The translations under genes were made by a program, and so were the position numbers. 64,000 nt of DNA. It comes from Protoeuglena noctilucae (taxonomy: Eukaryota). Position 1 is the first letter of the stretch, and the number at the start of each line of letters is the position of its first letter. The stretch covers positions 558,001 through 622,000 of the forward strand of contig OY253668.1 in the NCBI GenBank assembly GCA_958009085.1, written 5' to 3'. Positions 61,901 through 64,000 of this stretch are shown one piece after another. The notes below the pieces were generated by a model. It saw only the letters and a program-made list of their open reading frames with translations. It had not been told where the DNA came from and ran no database searches.

Positions 61901-64000
61901 GCGGACCGCATGGCCTCGGACGCCGACCGCGCCAACATGGAGGCCCTCCTGGCCGCGCGTGTGCGGGGCGCTTTCCGGGGCGCGATGCTCCCCGCCCCCG
62001 GCCAGGGCTCCGTCTTCACCCTCGCCGGGGAGCCCGTGGCGTCGAGCCCCGTGCTGGTCGCCGTGCCGGCTGAGGACTACCAGTCCCAGGTCTCGGACAG
62101 ACTGCGACTCTTCCACCGGGAGGTCCTGGAGGCGCCGCTGGTGCTGTTCCCGGCCTTCCTGGCGCGCCTCGCGGCCATCGAGCGCGCGCTCGCGCGGCCG
62201 GGCGGCGCGGCGCTCCTGGTGGGCGAGGCGGGCGTGGGCCGGCGCACGTCGGCGCTCCTGGTGGCGCACATGCTGCGGATGGACGTGGTGTCGCCACGCA
62301 TGGTCAAGGCTTACGGGGCCAAGCACTTCGCCCAGGACCTCAAGGACGCGCTGGAGCGGTCGGGCACGCGCGGCGAGCCCACGCTGCTCTTGGTCGACGA
62401 CCACCAGTTGGTCGAGGACGGGTTCCTGGAGACGCTCAACGCGTGGCTCATGTCCGGCGAGGTGGTGGGCCTGCTGACCAAGGAGGACCGGGAGCGGATG
62501 GTGGCGCCGCTGGAGAAGGAGGCGGCGGCGGGGGAGGATGCCGACGCGCTGTTCCTGGCGCGTGCCAGGCGCAACCTGCGGGTGTGCCTGTGCATGGACC
62601 CGGGCGGGCCGGACTTCGGGCGGCGGTGCGAGGCGTCGCCGGCGCTGTTCGGCCGCTGCACGGTGGTGTGGATGCAGGACTGGGGCGACGGGGGCACCCG
62701 CGCCGTGGCGGAGCACGTGTTGAGCGAGGCGGCGGCGGCCACGGGCGGGGACCCTCGGGAGATGGCGGCGGCGGCGGTGGAGCTGTGCCGTGGAGCCGCG
62801 GCTCCCCCCGGCGTGAGCCCGCGCAAGGTGGACGCCCTGGTGCGGTGCTACGTGCGTGTGGCATCGGCCAAGCGCGCCGAGCTGGCGCGACAGCAGGAGC
62901 ACCTGCGCGCGGGCGTGGGGAAGCTGAAGGAGGCGTCGTCGACGGTGGACAAGCTGTCGAGCGAGGCGGAGGAGCAGAAGGTGCGCTTGAAGGCCGCCCA
63001 GGAGGAGGCGGACAAGGCGTTGGAGAAGATCACGCGGACCATGGAGGAGGCCAACGCGCGCAAGAGGGAGGTGGAGAAGCTGTCGGAGAAGCTGGCGACG
63101 GACGAGGTGGAGATCCAGCGGCGCAAGGGCGGCGTGGAGGCGGAGCTGGCGGAGGTGCAGCCGCAGATCGACGAGGCCCGGGCGGCGGTGGGCGGGATCA
63201 AGAAGGAGCACCTGAGCGAGATCAAGTCGATGAAGGCGCCGCCGGACGCCATCCGCGACGTGCTCGAGTCCGTCATGAAGCTGATGGGCTTCCGGGACAC
63301 CACTTGGTCCTCCATGCGCAACTTCCTGGGCCAGACGGGGTTCAAGGAGCGCATCGTCAACTTCGACGCGCACGAGATCAACGCCGCCACGCGGCTCGAC
63401 GTCGGCCAGCTCATCGCCTCCCGGCCGGGGTCGTTCCGCCCCGCGGACATCGCCCGGGTGTCGCGCGCGGCCGCGCCCCTGGCGGCGTGGGTGCAGGCGA
63501 ACCTGTCGTACAGCGTGGTGCTGGAGAAGGTGGCGCCGCTCGAGTCGACGCTCGCGGGCCTGACGCAGCAGCACAGCCGGGCGCTGCAGCAGCGGGAGGC
63601 CGCCCAGCGTGAGATCGACGCCCTGGAGTCGTCGATCGCGGGGCTCAAGGAGGAGTACGCGCGGAAGATGGGGCAGGCGGAGCAGCTCAAGATATCGCTG
63701 CGGCGCGCGGAGGACACGCTGCAGCGCGCGCAGGGGCTGCTGGGCGCCCTGGTGGGCGAGCGGGACCGATGGGACTCGCAGGTGTCGGCCATGCAGCGGG
63801 ACCTCGCCAGCCTGCCCCGCAGCGCCCTGCTGGCCGCGGCCTTCTGCGTGTTCCTCCCGGGGGAGCCCGAGGACACGCGAGCGGACCGCCTGGCGGACTG
63901 GGTCGCGGCCGTGGGGGACGGTCCCGGGTGGAGCTTCACGCGCTTCATGTCCAGCGAACGGCAGGTCCTGGGCTGGAAGGCCGAGGGCCTGCCTTCCGAC
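52959..64000 (+). CDS. DYNC2H1: Cytoplasmic dynein-2 heavy chain (retrograde IFT motor; DHC1b), 3'-truncated by the window edge
   Basis: Linker IQRRWVYLEPIF and FPRFYFIGDDDLLEIL; AAA1 [22 protein letters not shown] (about 59380-59445); AAA2 GPSGSGKS; AAA3 GPSGCGKT; AAA4 GEAGVGRR; microtubule-binding domain HLSEIKSMKAPPDAIRDVLE..W. The GGNPY and G.GRR variants point to dynein-2. Confidence 0.95.

Noticed and set aside
59906..63574. 1222-aa minus-strand ORF and other long overlapping ORFs opposite dynein
   Set aside because: Antisense shadow of a GC3-rich coding exon; composition is dominated by R/H/L/G with no motifs.
1..64000. Introner-type repeated introns, transposons or viral insertions
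   Set aside because: By eye the intron interiors are not similar to one another, and I found no transposase, RT, integrase or capsid motifs. An all-versus-all intron alignment would be the decisive test.

Overview
Gene-dense, GC-rich, intron-rich eukaryotic nuclear DNA, most consistent with a flagellated green alga (inference from plastid-targeted HemE/VTE1/thylakoid proteins, ciliary BBS4 and dynein-2, and TGTAA poly(A)-type signals). I can reconstruct about 21 multi-exon genes: two hypothetical proteins, organellar Met-tRNA formyltransferase, CTR9, a conserved plastid protein of unknown function, two putative thylakoid-lumen proteins (one too fragmented to appear in the ORF track), HemE, BBS4, an MFS transporter, a short CPSF30, a Rieske-domain protein, two tandem bestrophin-like paralogues, an IFTAP/C11orf74-like protein, an F-box/LRR protein, a TCERG1/PRP40C-like WW-FF protein, an MLO-like protein, tocopherol cyclase, an MscS-like channel and a 3'-truncated cytoplasmic dynein-2 heavy chain. 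I saw no rRNA, tRNA, CRISPR or recognisable mobile element. The most notable observations are recurrent GC-AG introns (with GT/GC switches between paralogues), near-strict strand alternation with very tight convergent 3' ends, bestrophins lacking the acidic Ca2+ clasp, a hidden 114-aa lumen protein with a terminal C-x8-C, and an MLO with a very large loop insertion. Gene spans include introns. Family assignments come from remembered motifs, not database searches, and several start codons are approximate. I did not find a self-contained novel multi-gene system that I can support.
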